A DNA stretch of 64,000 nt, from positions 80,502 through 144,501 of the forward strand of contig JACKGF010000002.1 of the NCBI GenBank assembly GCA_020632095.1, written 5' to 3'. The notes under the pieces are model-generated. The model saw only the letters and a program-made list of their open reading frames with translations, made no database searches and had not been told where the DNA came from. The DNA is from Candidatus Nomurabacteria bacterium (GTDB lineage Bacteria > Patescibacteriota > Minisyncoccia > Phycocordibacterales > UBA918). This document shows positions 1 to 8,899 of the stretch, piece by piece. Made by a program: the position numbers and the translations under genes. How positions within the stretch are numbered: the first letter of the stretch is position 1; every line of letters begins with the position of its first letter.

Positions 1-152
1 GTGTCCGTGCCCTAGAGGACATCTACGTTACCCTTAAGACCAAGTAGACAGTAATTTGTCTTAGTACAAAAATCGCCTGACAAGGGCGATTTTTGGGTAT
101 TTGTTCTATGCGCGTCGATGAAATGCCCTAGGAAAGGGGCATTTCACTGACG

Positions 153-390
153 TACATTCACAATATGCCCTTCGGGCATTTGTTCACTGAATCAGAATTT
201 GCCTAAGGCAAAACAAATTCTCGTGCACAGCATACAGAAAATACATTCCTTTCAGTCATTATTTTCTAGCAATATACATTCACAATATGCCCTTCGGGCA
301 TTTGTTCACTGAATCAGAATTTGCCTAAGGCAAAACAAATTCTGATATACATTCACAATATGCCCTTCGGGCATTTGTTCATGCAAAAGG
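153..390 (+). repeat. Tandem ~69-bp repeat (2 full copies 153-221 and 275-343, truncated third 348-390), each with hairpins atgccc-ttc-gggcat and ttgcc-taa-ggcaa
   Basis: Direct sequence identity between copies; irregular spacing (122 and 73 bp); flanked by further GC-rich hairpins at 71-95, 121-144 and 393-416. Confidence 0.8.
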
Positions 391-890
391 GCGCCCCCTC
401 CAGGGCGCCCTTTTACTTTGTACAACGTAGAGTTCGGCTTGCGCGCTTTGCTCGTAGCCTCGAGCTAAGTATTTTTATACTTCACCACCGCACAAACCTA
501 GTTACAGATTCTCATATTGAGCCCAATAGTCAACAAGTTAGAATGTTGTTGTTTTTGGACTAGGTTGTGAATAACTTGTGAATAAGTACTGTATAACTAT
601 TGGGATAAGTTATGTATATATCGAGGGATAAATTATGTACAAACCTTAGTGATAAAAGTTGTAAAAACACCCTTTTAATCTCTTTTTTCTACTTAAATTA
701 ATTAGTACCTAACTCCTCCATTTTCACCAGATAAAATAAATCATACTCAATCTAAAAACACTAGCATTTTTTGACTTTTTTGCTATGATAGTGCGCACTT
801 ATCAGATAGTCTAAAAACTAGAGAGTTAAGTATGACCAGTCGCTAGAAATTCAATCAACCCATCACCCCAAAATTTCTACCGCACAAAAT

Positions 891-962
891 GGTCCCATCG
901 TCTAATGGTTAGGACGCCAGGTTTTCATCCTGGAAATCGGGGTTCGATTCCCCGTGGGATCA
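891..962 (+). tRNA. tRNA-Glu (anticodon TTC), no encoded CCA
   Basis: Cloverleaf: acceptor ggtccca/tgggatc, anticodon arm ccagg-ttttcat-cctgg, T-arm cgggg-ttcgatt-ccccg; followed by terminator hairpin 978-998 + T-run. Confidence 0.85.
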
Positions 963-977
963 CACGTAGAAAAATGA

Positions 978-1005
978 GCACACCTTTCCGAGGTGTGCCA
1001 TTTTT
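978..1005 (+). terminator. Rho-independent terminator after tRNA-Glu (gcacacct-ttccg-aggtgtgc + cattttt)
   Basis: 8-bp GC-rich stem, 5-nt loop, T-run. Confidence 0.6.
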
Positions 1006-1010
1006 CTTGT

Positions 1011-1060
1011 GTGATCCCACGAGTAAACCTGCTGGGAGCAGGTTTACGGGGGAATCGAAG
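1011..1060 (-). repeat. Inverted copy of tRNA-Glu T-arm/acceptor 3' end interrupted by 27-nt perfect palindrome (gtaaacctgct-ggg-agcaggtttac)
   Basis: gtgatcccac...gggggaatcgaag is the reverse complement of ttcgattccccgtgggatcac; palindromic insert sits between the T-stem and acceptor segments. Confidence 0.8.
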
Positions 1061-1362
1061 CTGTTGCCAGCCAGATTATGAACGGAGTGAAATAATCAGG
1101 CGACAACGGATACTGGTTGTGTAACAACCGATACTCCCCATGGGATCACAATATATTTTCTTAACAAAAACACCGCCAGGTGTTTTTGTTTTGGAAAATA
1201 ATTGTGATCCCACGAGTAACGTGCCCTGCGGCACGTTACGAGGGAATTGCACTCAAGAGTACTTCCGTTTTACGTTCCTTTCAGTCATTAAAAACTAGGG
1301 CGCCCGCCGGAGCGATGTGAGGAGCTTGCGACGAACGAGTGAGGTGTGTCCCGCGGCACTTG
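1061..1362 (+). repeat. Modules A (1061-1130), B (1131-1252: direct tRNA-end copy, terminator hairpin, inverted tRNA-end copy with variant palindromic insert) and C (1253-1362: inverted repeat ttcctttcagtca...tgactgaaaggaa); re-occur at 3385-3603 and 3806-3875
   Basis: Near-identical second copies downstream of the high-GC ORF; internal hairpins. Confidence 0.8.
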
Positions 1363-1760
1363 CTAGTCTGTGACTGAAAGGAAACGACCTAGAATTCAAG
1401 GAGTGAAACGACTATGAATACGGAAATGCCCTTGTGGTGAAAATAGCTTTGTGACCGTCAGGATCATTCCCTGTCAGAACTATCACCTATATGAACAAAC
1501 TGGATAACATTACAACACGAAAAAATTTTCCGGAGGACCGACCTCCGTAGTTTGGCTAGTCTGTGACTGAAAGGAAACGACCTAGAATTCAAGGAGTGAA
1601 ACGACTATGAATACGGAAATGCCCTTGTGGTGAAAATAGCTTTGTGACCGTCAGGATCATTCCCTGTCAGAACTATCACCTATATGAACAAACTGGATAA
1701 CATTACAACACGAAAAAATTTTCCGGGGGACTTTTCCGGAGGACCGACCTCCGTAGTTTC
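1363..1760 (+). repeat. Tandem duplication of a ~192-bp unit (1363-1554, 1555-1760; third copy 3604-3795); each unit has a strong SD (aaggag) + 8-codon mini-ORF MNTEMPLW + terminator hairpin (ccggagg-accga-cctccg + tagttt)
   Basis: Copies near-identical; copy 2 has a 13-bp internal duplication; mini-ORF ATG at 1414, 1607 and 3656. Confidence 0.85.
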
Positions 1761-1903
1761 TTCTGGAGGCTAGCGTACTCTTCGGGAGTGAGGCTATCAA
1801 TGTATCCACGGTTTTGTATTGAGTCGATTTTTACCAAGGCCCAGTAGTCTGTTAATTCGTGTGCGTGCACGACAAAATCTCTTAGAATTTTTTCATTTTT
1901 CAT
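1703..1903 (-). CDS. Hypothetical small protein (66 aa); 3' end lies in repeat unit, no clear SD
   Basis: ORF only; low-complexity-free sequence but no recognisable domain. Confidence 0.25.
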   Translation of the reverse strand: MKNEKILRDFVVHAHELTDYWALVKIDSIQNRGYIDSLTPEEYASLQKKLRRSVLRKSPPENFFVL

Positions 1904-2153
1904 ATTGTTTATTTTTTAATTGTTAGCGCTGACGCGCATGAGTAAAGTTTGCGAGAACTTGAAAGAATCCTACACCAAATCACCGCAGAAGAATATGACT
2001 AAACATAGAAGAATCACAAACGTGAAAAATGTGGTGTAGTTTGATTTTTTCTGCATTTCTAAGAGTTGCAAATCTTTTAAAACACCGTCGTTTGTGGCAT
2101 AGTGTCTTTTGGAACGCACATTGACGTATCCACCAACGCCTAAGGAGGCTCAA

Positions 2154-3185
2154 ATGACTGGTGCACTACTAAAAATGAACGCCTTCGTCCAGGTGGCGGA
2201 GGGTATGCATGTCTACTACGACTGCCCGATGATGTCCGGCGAAGATTTTCGGAGCGATCAGTTTTTCAAGGAAAACCGGGGTAAAACCGGCCTCGTGAAG
2301 GGCTTCCCTGAGAAGTTCGTCGGGCCGCTTGATTCCAAGGGCCGTCTGCCGGGTGTCTACATCAAACCCGGCTACATCCATGTGCAGTTTGAAGGCGAGG
2401 AAAAAGTTCACCAAGGACTCAACCTCCACTATTTCATTCTGCTCGACGTCGGCCAAACCGTCGTGCCCGAAGCGAGCCTCGAACACCAAAAGGTGCGCGA
2501 CTTGCCAGAGGCGATCGAGTTCTGGCCCGGTGATCAGGTCTGCAAAGTAAACGACCTTCTTCGGACGGTTCGTTTCGTCGAGGATGTCCGCATCGGAGAC
2601 AACGGCGCGCTGATTTACGTCCTCGCCGAAACTGCCGAAGCGAAACAGCAACGGCAGGATGAAAAGGAGGCGGAGATCGCTCGTCGGCGTGAAGAAGCCA
2701 AGAAGAGTGACGACCCGCTTGCGGGATTTCCACTCGGACTCGGTCTCATGGACCATCCGCGCACTGAATCGCGCAAGGCCAATGACCTCACTCTCGTGAC
2801 TCGGGGGAACGTCTATCACCTCTATCACGATCCTGCTCAACTCGCTTTTGCTTCTTCAGAACAGGAAGTGGGATTCTGGGCGAAGGACGGCATCTCGACG
2901 ACTGTCTATGGCGGCGGCAACCACATGCCTCGCTGGGAATGGCCGATCGAGAAAGCCAGGGAGATGGTCGAGAAGGGCGATGGCGACCTCGTGATTGCGT
3001 CCAAGCAATACGAGAATGTCATTGTCACTGGCCGTGGTGGCGACTTCAAGGTTCGCAAACTGCATTCCTGCTTCGCCCAGCATCGCGAGCGAGTGCGTGC
3101 ACTTTCGCTCAGCTTGGCCAAGCCTCCGGTCGAGGAAGACATTTCCTTCGGCAAGAGGGCCATGGCCCTGCTCGGCGACGACTGA
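2154..3185 (+). CDS. Hypothetical protein (~344 aa), high-GC (~57%) foreign gene; likely start at ATG 2154 preceded by aaggagg
   Basis: Long ORF with strong SD; GC far above window average (many antisense ORFs in the same span are GC artefacts); followed by GC-rich terminator 3209-3242. Confidence 0.7.
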   Translation: MTGALLKMNAFVQVAEGMHVYYDCPMMSGEDFRSDQFFKENRGKTGLVKGFPEKFVGPLDSKGRLPGVYIKPGYIHVQFEGEEKVHQGLNLHYFILLDVGQTVVPEASLEHQKVRDLPEAIEFWPGDQVCKVNDLLRTVRFVEDVRIGDNGALIYVLAETAEAKQQRQDEKEAEIARRREEAKKSDDPLAGFPLGLGLMDHPRTESRKANDLTLVTRGNVYHLYHDPAQLAFASSEQEVGFWAKDGISTTVYGGGNHMPRWEWPIEKAREMVEKGDGDLVIASKQYENVIVTGRGGDFKVRKLHSCFAQHRERVRALSLSLAKPPVEEDISFGKRAMALLGDD

Positions 3186-3206
3186 TGCCAATTGGAAAGT
3201 TCGACT

Positions 3207-3242
3207 CAGCGCGACCCCTCACCCGGGTCGCGCTTTTTCTTT
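3207..3242 (+). terminator. Rho-independent terminator (gcgcgaccc-ctcaccc-gggtcgcgc + tttttcttt)
   Basis: 9-bp GC stem plus T-run immediately after stop of 2154-3185. Confidence 0.7.
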
Positions 3243-3384
3243 GGTTACCAAGATATAAAAATCGTCAAAAAGTGTCACTTTTGTCACTTTTTGCTCCTCT
3301 CGAGAAGGGTCAAGACTGATTTAAACTGATTATTCACGAAAGCCTTACAGGGGAATGTATTATCATGGTTCCATCACGATTCGG

Positions 3385-3962
3385 CTCACAATATATTTTC
3401 TTAACAAAAACACCGCCAGGTGTTTTTGTTTTGGAAAATAATTGTGATCCCACGAGTAACGTGCCCTGCGGCACGTTACGAGGGAATCGCACCCCAAGAG
3501 TACTTCCGTTTTTACGTTCCTTTCAGTCATTAAAAACTAGGGCGCCCGCCGGAGCGATGTGAGGAGCTTGCGACGAACGAGTGAGGTGTGTCACGCGGCA
3601 CTTGCTAGTCTGTGACTGAAAGGAAACGACCTAGAATTCAAGGAGTGAAACGACTATGAATACGGAAATGCCCTTGTGGTGAAAATAGCTTTGTGACCGT
3701 CAGGATCATTCCCTGTCAGAACTATCACCTATATGAACAAACTGGATAACATTACAACACGAAAAAATTTTCCGGAGGACCGACCTCCGTAGTTTATATA
3801 GACGACTGTTGCCAGCTAGATTATGAACGGAGTGAAATAATCTGGCGACAACGGATACTGGTTGTGTAACAACCGAAATTCCCCGTGGGATCACAAATCA
3901 ACCGGCCGAAATGTGAATACATTTCGGCCGTTGCTGTTTGTAGGTCCCACGGGGAATCGAAG
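3385..3962 (+). repeat. Second copy of modules B-C-D-A plus direct tRNA-Glu 3'-end fragment (3876-3895), terminator-like hairpin (3907-3930) and inverted tRNA-end copy without insertion (3942-3962)
   Basis: Sequence identity to 1061-1760; aaattccccgtgggatcaca and its reverse complement aggtcccacggggaatcgaag. Confidence 0.8.
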
Positions 3963-4251
3963 AAAGCTTCTGGCGAAGCGGACGAGAAAGCCTTCTCGTC
4001 CGCACAGAAGCGGCGGGTGAAAAAGTCTGGGGGACTTTTGCAAGAGGTTGCCAGCTCGCAAGAGCGACAACCTGAACAGAATTCGTAAAATTCGCGTAAC
4101 ACAATATTTTGGAAGCTTTAGCTGAAGAAAATATTGATGTGAAGGTGACCGATTCCCTGTGGGATCACAAATTTTTAAGCTTGTTTTACAACACTATTTC
4201 AGACGACCTCACAAGGACATTGGACCCGTGATAAAATAATGGAATGATTAA

Positions 4252-4914
4252 TACGTTAATTTTGATATAAACGGAGTTCTCAACTCACCCACAGAAACAT
4301 CTAGTGAGAAAAATATCTTAAATTCATTTGGTGAAGTCATCTCAAGATTGCAAAATTCTTGTTTGGAAGCAGAAAAGAATAGGGGCGAGCTTTACGAGAT
4401 TTACCACAAATCTTCAGTAAATCTTATTTCTAGAGATGAGATGATAGACAAAATGTCTAACCTTCTATTGTGTAAACCACAAGAACTAGTTAAATGTGTC
4501 CACAATATTTACTCTGAAGGTTCAGTTGAAAACGTGAGTTTGTATGACTTTCTGGAGGCCATATCTAAGAGTAAACTTTTAAAGATTGGCTTACTATCAA
4601 CTCAATTTCCGTTATCAAAGGATATGCTGGTTCCCAAAAAGTATTACGATAACTTTGACTCACTTGGAATTTCTTGTGACAGCGAAATTCATCTCAAAAA
4701 ACCTGAGGGAGCTGTATTTGCAAAAATTATTAAAGAACTAGATACAAAACCAGAAAATGTGATTTTTGTTGATGACCAACAAAAATGCGTTGATGCTGGC
4801 AACCAGTTAGGGATAAATTCAGTTCAATTCATTAATAATAAACAATTAGCAAAAGACTTGGTTAGATTTAAAGTTCCTGGCGAAATAGGTCCATTCCTTC
4901 ATTTTCTTGACTAA
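4252..4914 (+). pseudogene. HAD-superfamily hydrolase-like gene lacking a canonical start; motif I remnant (FDINGV) lies in-frame upstream of first possible start (TTG 4348)
   Basis: C-terminal HAD motifs (KKPEG.., VIFVDDQQ) in the listed ORF 4348-4914; in-frame extension back to stop at 4249 contains YVNFDINGVL but no ATG/GTG/TTG start; flanked by att-like direct repeats 4151-4169 and 4927-4945. Confidence 0.5.
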
Positions 4915-5081
4915 GTGGCTCCAAATCATTCCCCGTGGGATCACAAATTTTTAAGCTATATACAACAACGTATTCTAGAGCACCCTAAGGGAGATTGGAA
5001 CCTTATAGAGGACCACATTGAACTATATTGGTTTTTCTGTATTATAAGAGTAGTAAAGAAATCACATAAGGAAACAAACAC

Positions 5082-5447
5082 ATGAAAGTATATTGTGCTT
5101 CAAAAAGCAAATACGGGCCACTTTGGAAAGAATGGGAAGATAATGGAGTCCAAGTAACTTCCAGCTGGTTGGAGAAATTTGACCAAGGTCGTCTCCCTGA
5201 CCAAACAGAACACTGGGACCAAATTCTTGAGGACATTCAAGGCTCAGATGCATTACTACTCTATTCTGAGGAAGGAGATGTTCAGAAAGGAGCATTGGCT
5301 GAATTCGGCATTGCGTTTGCTTTAGGAAAAAAGTTATTTTATGTTGGACCTACTGAAGGTTCTCTCACTGCAGTGGAGCACAAAAATGTTCAGCATTACC
5401 CTGACTTGAAAACATTCTTCAGCGAAGTATGTGGAATCGCCCAATAA
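5082..5447 (+). CDS. Nucleoside 2-deoxyribosyltransferase-like protein (121 aa)
   Basis: N-terminal KVYCAS and C-terminal ..GALAEFGIAFALGKKLFYVG resemble the 2-deoxyribosyltransferase fold signature (E-x-G-x-A-x-A-L-G-K); SD aagga upstream; terminator 5466-5518. Confidence 0.45.
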   Translation: MKVYCASKSKYGPLWKEWEDNGVQVTSSWLEKFDQGRLPDQTEHWDQILEDIQGSDALLLYSEEGDVQKGALAEFGIAFALGKKLFYVGPTEGSLTAVEHKNVQHYPDLKTFFSEVCGIAQ

Positions 5448-5465
5448 AATAACCTCAAGGGTCCA

Positions 5466-5518
5466 AGCCGTCCGCAAAAAGCCAGTCTATGGACTTGCTT
5501 TGCGGACGGCTTTTGTTT
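5466..5518 (+). terminator. Rho-independent terminator (agccgtccgcaaa...tttgcggacggct + tttgttt)
   Basis: 13-bp stem plus T-run. Confidence 0.6.
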
Positions 5519-5652
5519 ATACAATTCCACTCCTTCAGCTTCCCCACCTATTGGTTCCAAATCACACCCCTTAGGGTCACTAATTTTCGTGCTAGCACAA
5601 GAAGCATACAATATATTATCCCTGTCTCTGTATACCAAGCACCCACATAACC

Positions 5653-6753
5653 CTACAAAGCACACCTAAGATAGGGTTCGATACGGTTGGCGACGATCTC
5701 ATATCCATCATCATCTGGATGAACCAGATCACTCATCAATGATGGATGTCCTATCACTCCCATGAGTACATCTGGAACATAGATAGACCCTGTTGTCTCC
5801 GCTACTTGCTTATATCTGCCTTCTAAATCCTCATCGTATATTCCACCTCTAAAACCAACCACAATAACTATGGCGCCAGTACTTTGGATTCTTTCTATGA
5901 CTGTAGTTAGATTCTCAAAAGTTTCATCTTCTGTAATACCTGCAGAGTCAGGTATCTTACCTGTTAGTTTCAAAACAATAATCTGGAACATTTCATTATA
6001 ATTTAGTTTCTCAATACCCGCCTCAAGATCTTCATAAAAACGGCTGATTATATCATTACCCCCAAGCCACACAATGACAACTGAAGGATTGCGCGACAAA
6101 ACATCACTCTGTAATCGGACTAAAGAATCTTCAGTTGTGTCACCAGATTTACCAGCGTTAATGATTGGTACACCTACTTTTCGTGACAACTGACTGACAT
6201 AATCCTGCCCATTTGTCGCCCCAACACCAGCCGTTAAGCTGTCGCCGAAGGCAATAATCGGACCACTCTTAGGAGGGTAATTAGTAACCTGATTCAAGTA
6301 CGAGACTGAACATTGACCACCCCCACCAGTTTCAGTAACTACGGTAAAGGGGTTTGATTTGGCGACTCGGGTGTATCCGCTGTTTTTGAAATAACGAAAC
6401 TCGTAACTTCCTGGTTCTTTTGGTGTAAATTCAATTGTATTGTTATTTCCGCTGACGTACTTCCATGACTGGTAGCGTTGGTCACTATCACCCACCCGAT
6501 ACAGACCTATCCAATCACCACTCAAATTGGCTCCCTCGGGGGTAGTCCAGGTAACAACAATAGATTCGTTGATGACAACATCACTATCAGGAGCAGAGAG
6601 CGTATAGTCAGCTGTTGATTGAGCATTTCCAGTTAATGGAAACAAACTAAAAGCAACTAAAAGTAGTGAACTTAAAAACCATAACCTCGAAAAATTGAGT
6701 ATTGAGTATTCATAGTCGTTGATTAAACTTACGAGCTGTAGCCCGTGACACAA
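5653..6753 (-). CDS. Secreted SGNH/GDSL-family hydrolase (lipase/esterase) with N-terminal signal peptide and beta-sandwich-like domain
   Basis: GDSL block IIAFGDSLTAGVG, block III VIVWLGGNDI, C-terminal DLVHPDDDGYEIVA (DxxH); hydrophobic N-terminus. Confidence 0.7.
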   Translation of the reverse strand: MCHGLQLVSLINDYEYSILNFSRLWFLSSLLLVAFSLFPLTGNAQSTADYTLSAPDSDVVINESIVVTWTTPEGANLSGDWIGLYRVGDSDQRYQSWKYVSGNNNTIEFTPKEPGSYEFRYFKNSGYTRVAKSNPFTVVTETGGGGQCSVSYLNQVTNYPPKSGPIIAFGDSLTAGVGATNGQDYVSQLSRKVGVPIINAGKSGDTTEDSLVRLQSDVLSRNPSVVIVWLGGNDIISRFYEDLEAGIEKLNYNEMFQIIVLKLTGKIPDSAGITEDETFENLTTVIERIQSTGAIVIVVGFRGGIYDEDLEGRYKQVAETTGSIYVPDVLMGVIGHPSLMSDLVHPDDDGYEIVANRIEPYLRCAL

Positions 6754-6962
6754 CCACTACACCACTGATGTCCTCTACGGCATATGCTACCTTATAGTCT
6801 AGTCATAATTTAGATGTTGTCAAAGAAATGAAATAAAGGGTCAGAGGGTCTGACTGGTGGAGTCAGTAGCTCTCTTTATTTAGTGCTCTAGTGCATATAT
6901 AGTCCTCTTTTATTTTTCTTTTTTTACTTGTTCAAATAACGATCTCTATTTCACATTGAATC

Positions 6963-7406
6963 ATGAATAAATTCTATGTGGTATATTACAAATTAATGAA
7001 TTTAGATAAATTTCCGCATAATAGCAAATCCCCACTCGAAGGTGAGTTATTGGACCCTGAAGAACTTGACCCTGAGTTTCTCAGAAAAATGACGGAGTTA
7101 CCCGAAGTAGTTGCAAATTTTTACATAACAGCAGCCAAAGATACTAAATTATTAAAAATACTATACGGAAGTACTGACTACTTTGTAGATAAAACAAATC
7201 AAGAACTGGTTGATAAGTTTCTTAGTGTAAACCCAGAGTACAAAACAATTTTAGAACAAATGAAAGAAATTGATATGTTGGATAAAGGAGACACACCTAT
7301 CTTTGCACAATATCACAGAGATCCTTTTGACGACGCAAGAGATATTACTCCTCAAAACGAAACCCCTATAATCTCAACAAATGAAAATAAATTACCTAAA
7401 CCATGA
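6963..7406 (+). CDS. Hypothetical protein (147 aa), AT-rich islet
   Basis: ORF only. Confidence 0.4.
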   Translation: MNKFYVVYYKLMNLDKFPHNSKSPLEGELLDPEELDPEFLRKMTELPEVVANFYITAAKDTKLLKILYGSTDYFVDKTNQELVDKFLSVNPEYKTILEQMKEIDMLDKGDTPIFAQYHRDPFDDARDITPQNETPIISTNENKLPKP

Positions 7407-7469
7407 GTTTGATAAAACACCCAAGTAAATGGTAACTGTCACGTTTTTCACCGAGTTAACACCAAATCT

Positions 7470-8726
7470 TTATGTTAATAGTAATTTGCCTGACACGTCT
7501 AACTTTACATTTTGTCCATTTTTTTCTGCAATTGCAAAACCACTATCATCCCTATAAGACCCTACAGTGTCATATTCGCCAACAACATCCCCTGTTGTTG
7601 TATCAACAATCATAAATTTATCCTCAGGTGTCCCCACAATCCACAAATTACTTTCTTTTGCATAATTTCCAATGTTCTGATGATTTGGGTACTGATCAGC
7701 AAACAATTCCCTATCCTTAACCACGTCGTAAAGACCAAACGATTCATTCCCATATTCCACAACTGCAGTCTGACCTACTACTTCAACTAAGTTTTTAAAT
7801 TCTACAGAGGAATAAGAACCTGTCTCAGGATTGATTATCCGAAGTTTATCATATGGACCAGACGCTAGCCCTACACCATTTTTCCTACCAATCATCCATG
7901 TTCCTCCAAGCTCTCTTCCAAGCCTTTCTGTTGAGCAGATTTGGTCTCCCTTGGAATTTACCAGACTCTCTACACCTTGATCATCCTTAAGAATACTTAA
8001 CCCTTCTTGCATACCTGCTACAACACTACTGTATCCATTTTCTCTGGCGAAATGGGCGGTCTCAACAGCACGTAAAACCCGATCCTGGTTTTCACCATCT
8101 GTAACTAACCCTGAAAGTCCTTTTGATGAATTAATAAAGTAAAAATCAGATCTTAAGTTGTAAGTGCGATTACCATATTCCAAATCAAACTCGCCCACAG
8201 TAACATGAGACGATGATGGTTCAGTATTAAAAGAATACTTTCCCGCTTTTTCAAAATCAACACCATTTACGGACTCAACTTGCTCAACAGATGTTGGTTC
8301 AACAGTATTTGTTGAATCAACATTTATTTCAAACTCACTTACTGCCTTCTCACCAGAAAATTCTTTTATTTTATGACCAAAAACCGTAGCTACTGCTGGA
8401 AGATCTTCAGCAATTTGTCTTCGAGCATCTTCACCTTCTTCAGAAGTATAATCGAAAGCGGTTTTTAAAAGTTTGACTAGCTCACCAATACCCATTCCAA
8501 AACTTTCTTGCACTTTATCGGGGTTACTACCTCGCACTATATTATTTATACCGTCAGGGTCAGATGCAAATGAAATAATAACTTTAAAATCAGATAAATA
8601 ATTAGAACTTTCTTGAGAAACAACTTCCATCCTAGAGCCATCAGTATCTACACTCAATTCAACCGGACGCTCTTCCTCCCCATTACTAGGTACTGCTGAC
8701 ATTGGTCTATTAAAACTTTCTTTCAT
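7470..8726 (-). CDS. Hypothetical protein (418 aa), AT-rich islet
   Basis: Long ORF, no recognised domain. Confidence 0.5.
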   Translation of the reverse strand: MKESFNRPMSAVPSNGEEERPVELSVDTDGSRMEVVSQESSNYLSDFKVIISFASDPDGINNIVRGSNPDKVQESFGMGIGELVKLLKTAFDYTSEEGEDARRQIAEDLPAVATVFGHKIKEFSGEKAVSEFEINVDSTNTVEPTSVEQVESVNGVDFEKAGKYSFNTEPSSSHVTVGEFDLEYGNRTYNLRSDFYFINSSKGLSGLVTDGENQDRVLRAVETAHFARENGYSSVVAGMQEGLSILKDDQGVESLVNSKGDQICSTERLGRELGGTWMIGRKNGVGLASGPYDKLRIINPETGSYSSVEFKNLVEVVGQTAVVEYGNESFGLYDVVKDRELFADQYPNHQNIGNYAKESNLWIVGTPEDKFMIVDTTTGDVVGEYDTVGSYRDDSGFAIAEKNGQNVKLDVSGKLLLT

Positions 8727-8899
8727 AGTGTGTATTCATTAAAGCGGTATGGATTATTAAAAAGATTAATTTTTATCATATCATAATCTACAAAACAACA
8801 ATCACCACCTTTGTATCTCTTTTTTATTTTAATATAATTCAGCATGAACCTGCTACCTCAAACTAATAAACTGGAAAAGTTCGTGTTATCATCTCAGAC

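Noticed and set aside
153-420. Possible CRISPR array
   Set aside because: Only 2.5 copies, repeat unit 69 bp, spacing irregular (122 and 73 bp), no cas genes; fits a hairpin-rich tandem repeat instead.
2169-3319. Several antisense and alternate-frame ORFs (2169-2840 minus, 2434-2733 minus, 2856-3191 minus, 2939-3319 plus, etc.)
   Set aside because: They lie inside the ~57% GC gene 2154-3185, where stop codons are rare in all frames; no SDs; treated as GC artefacts.
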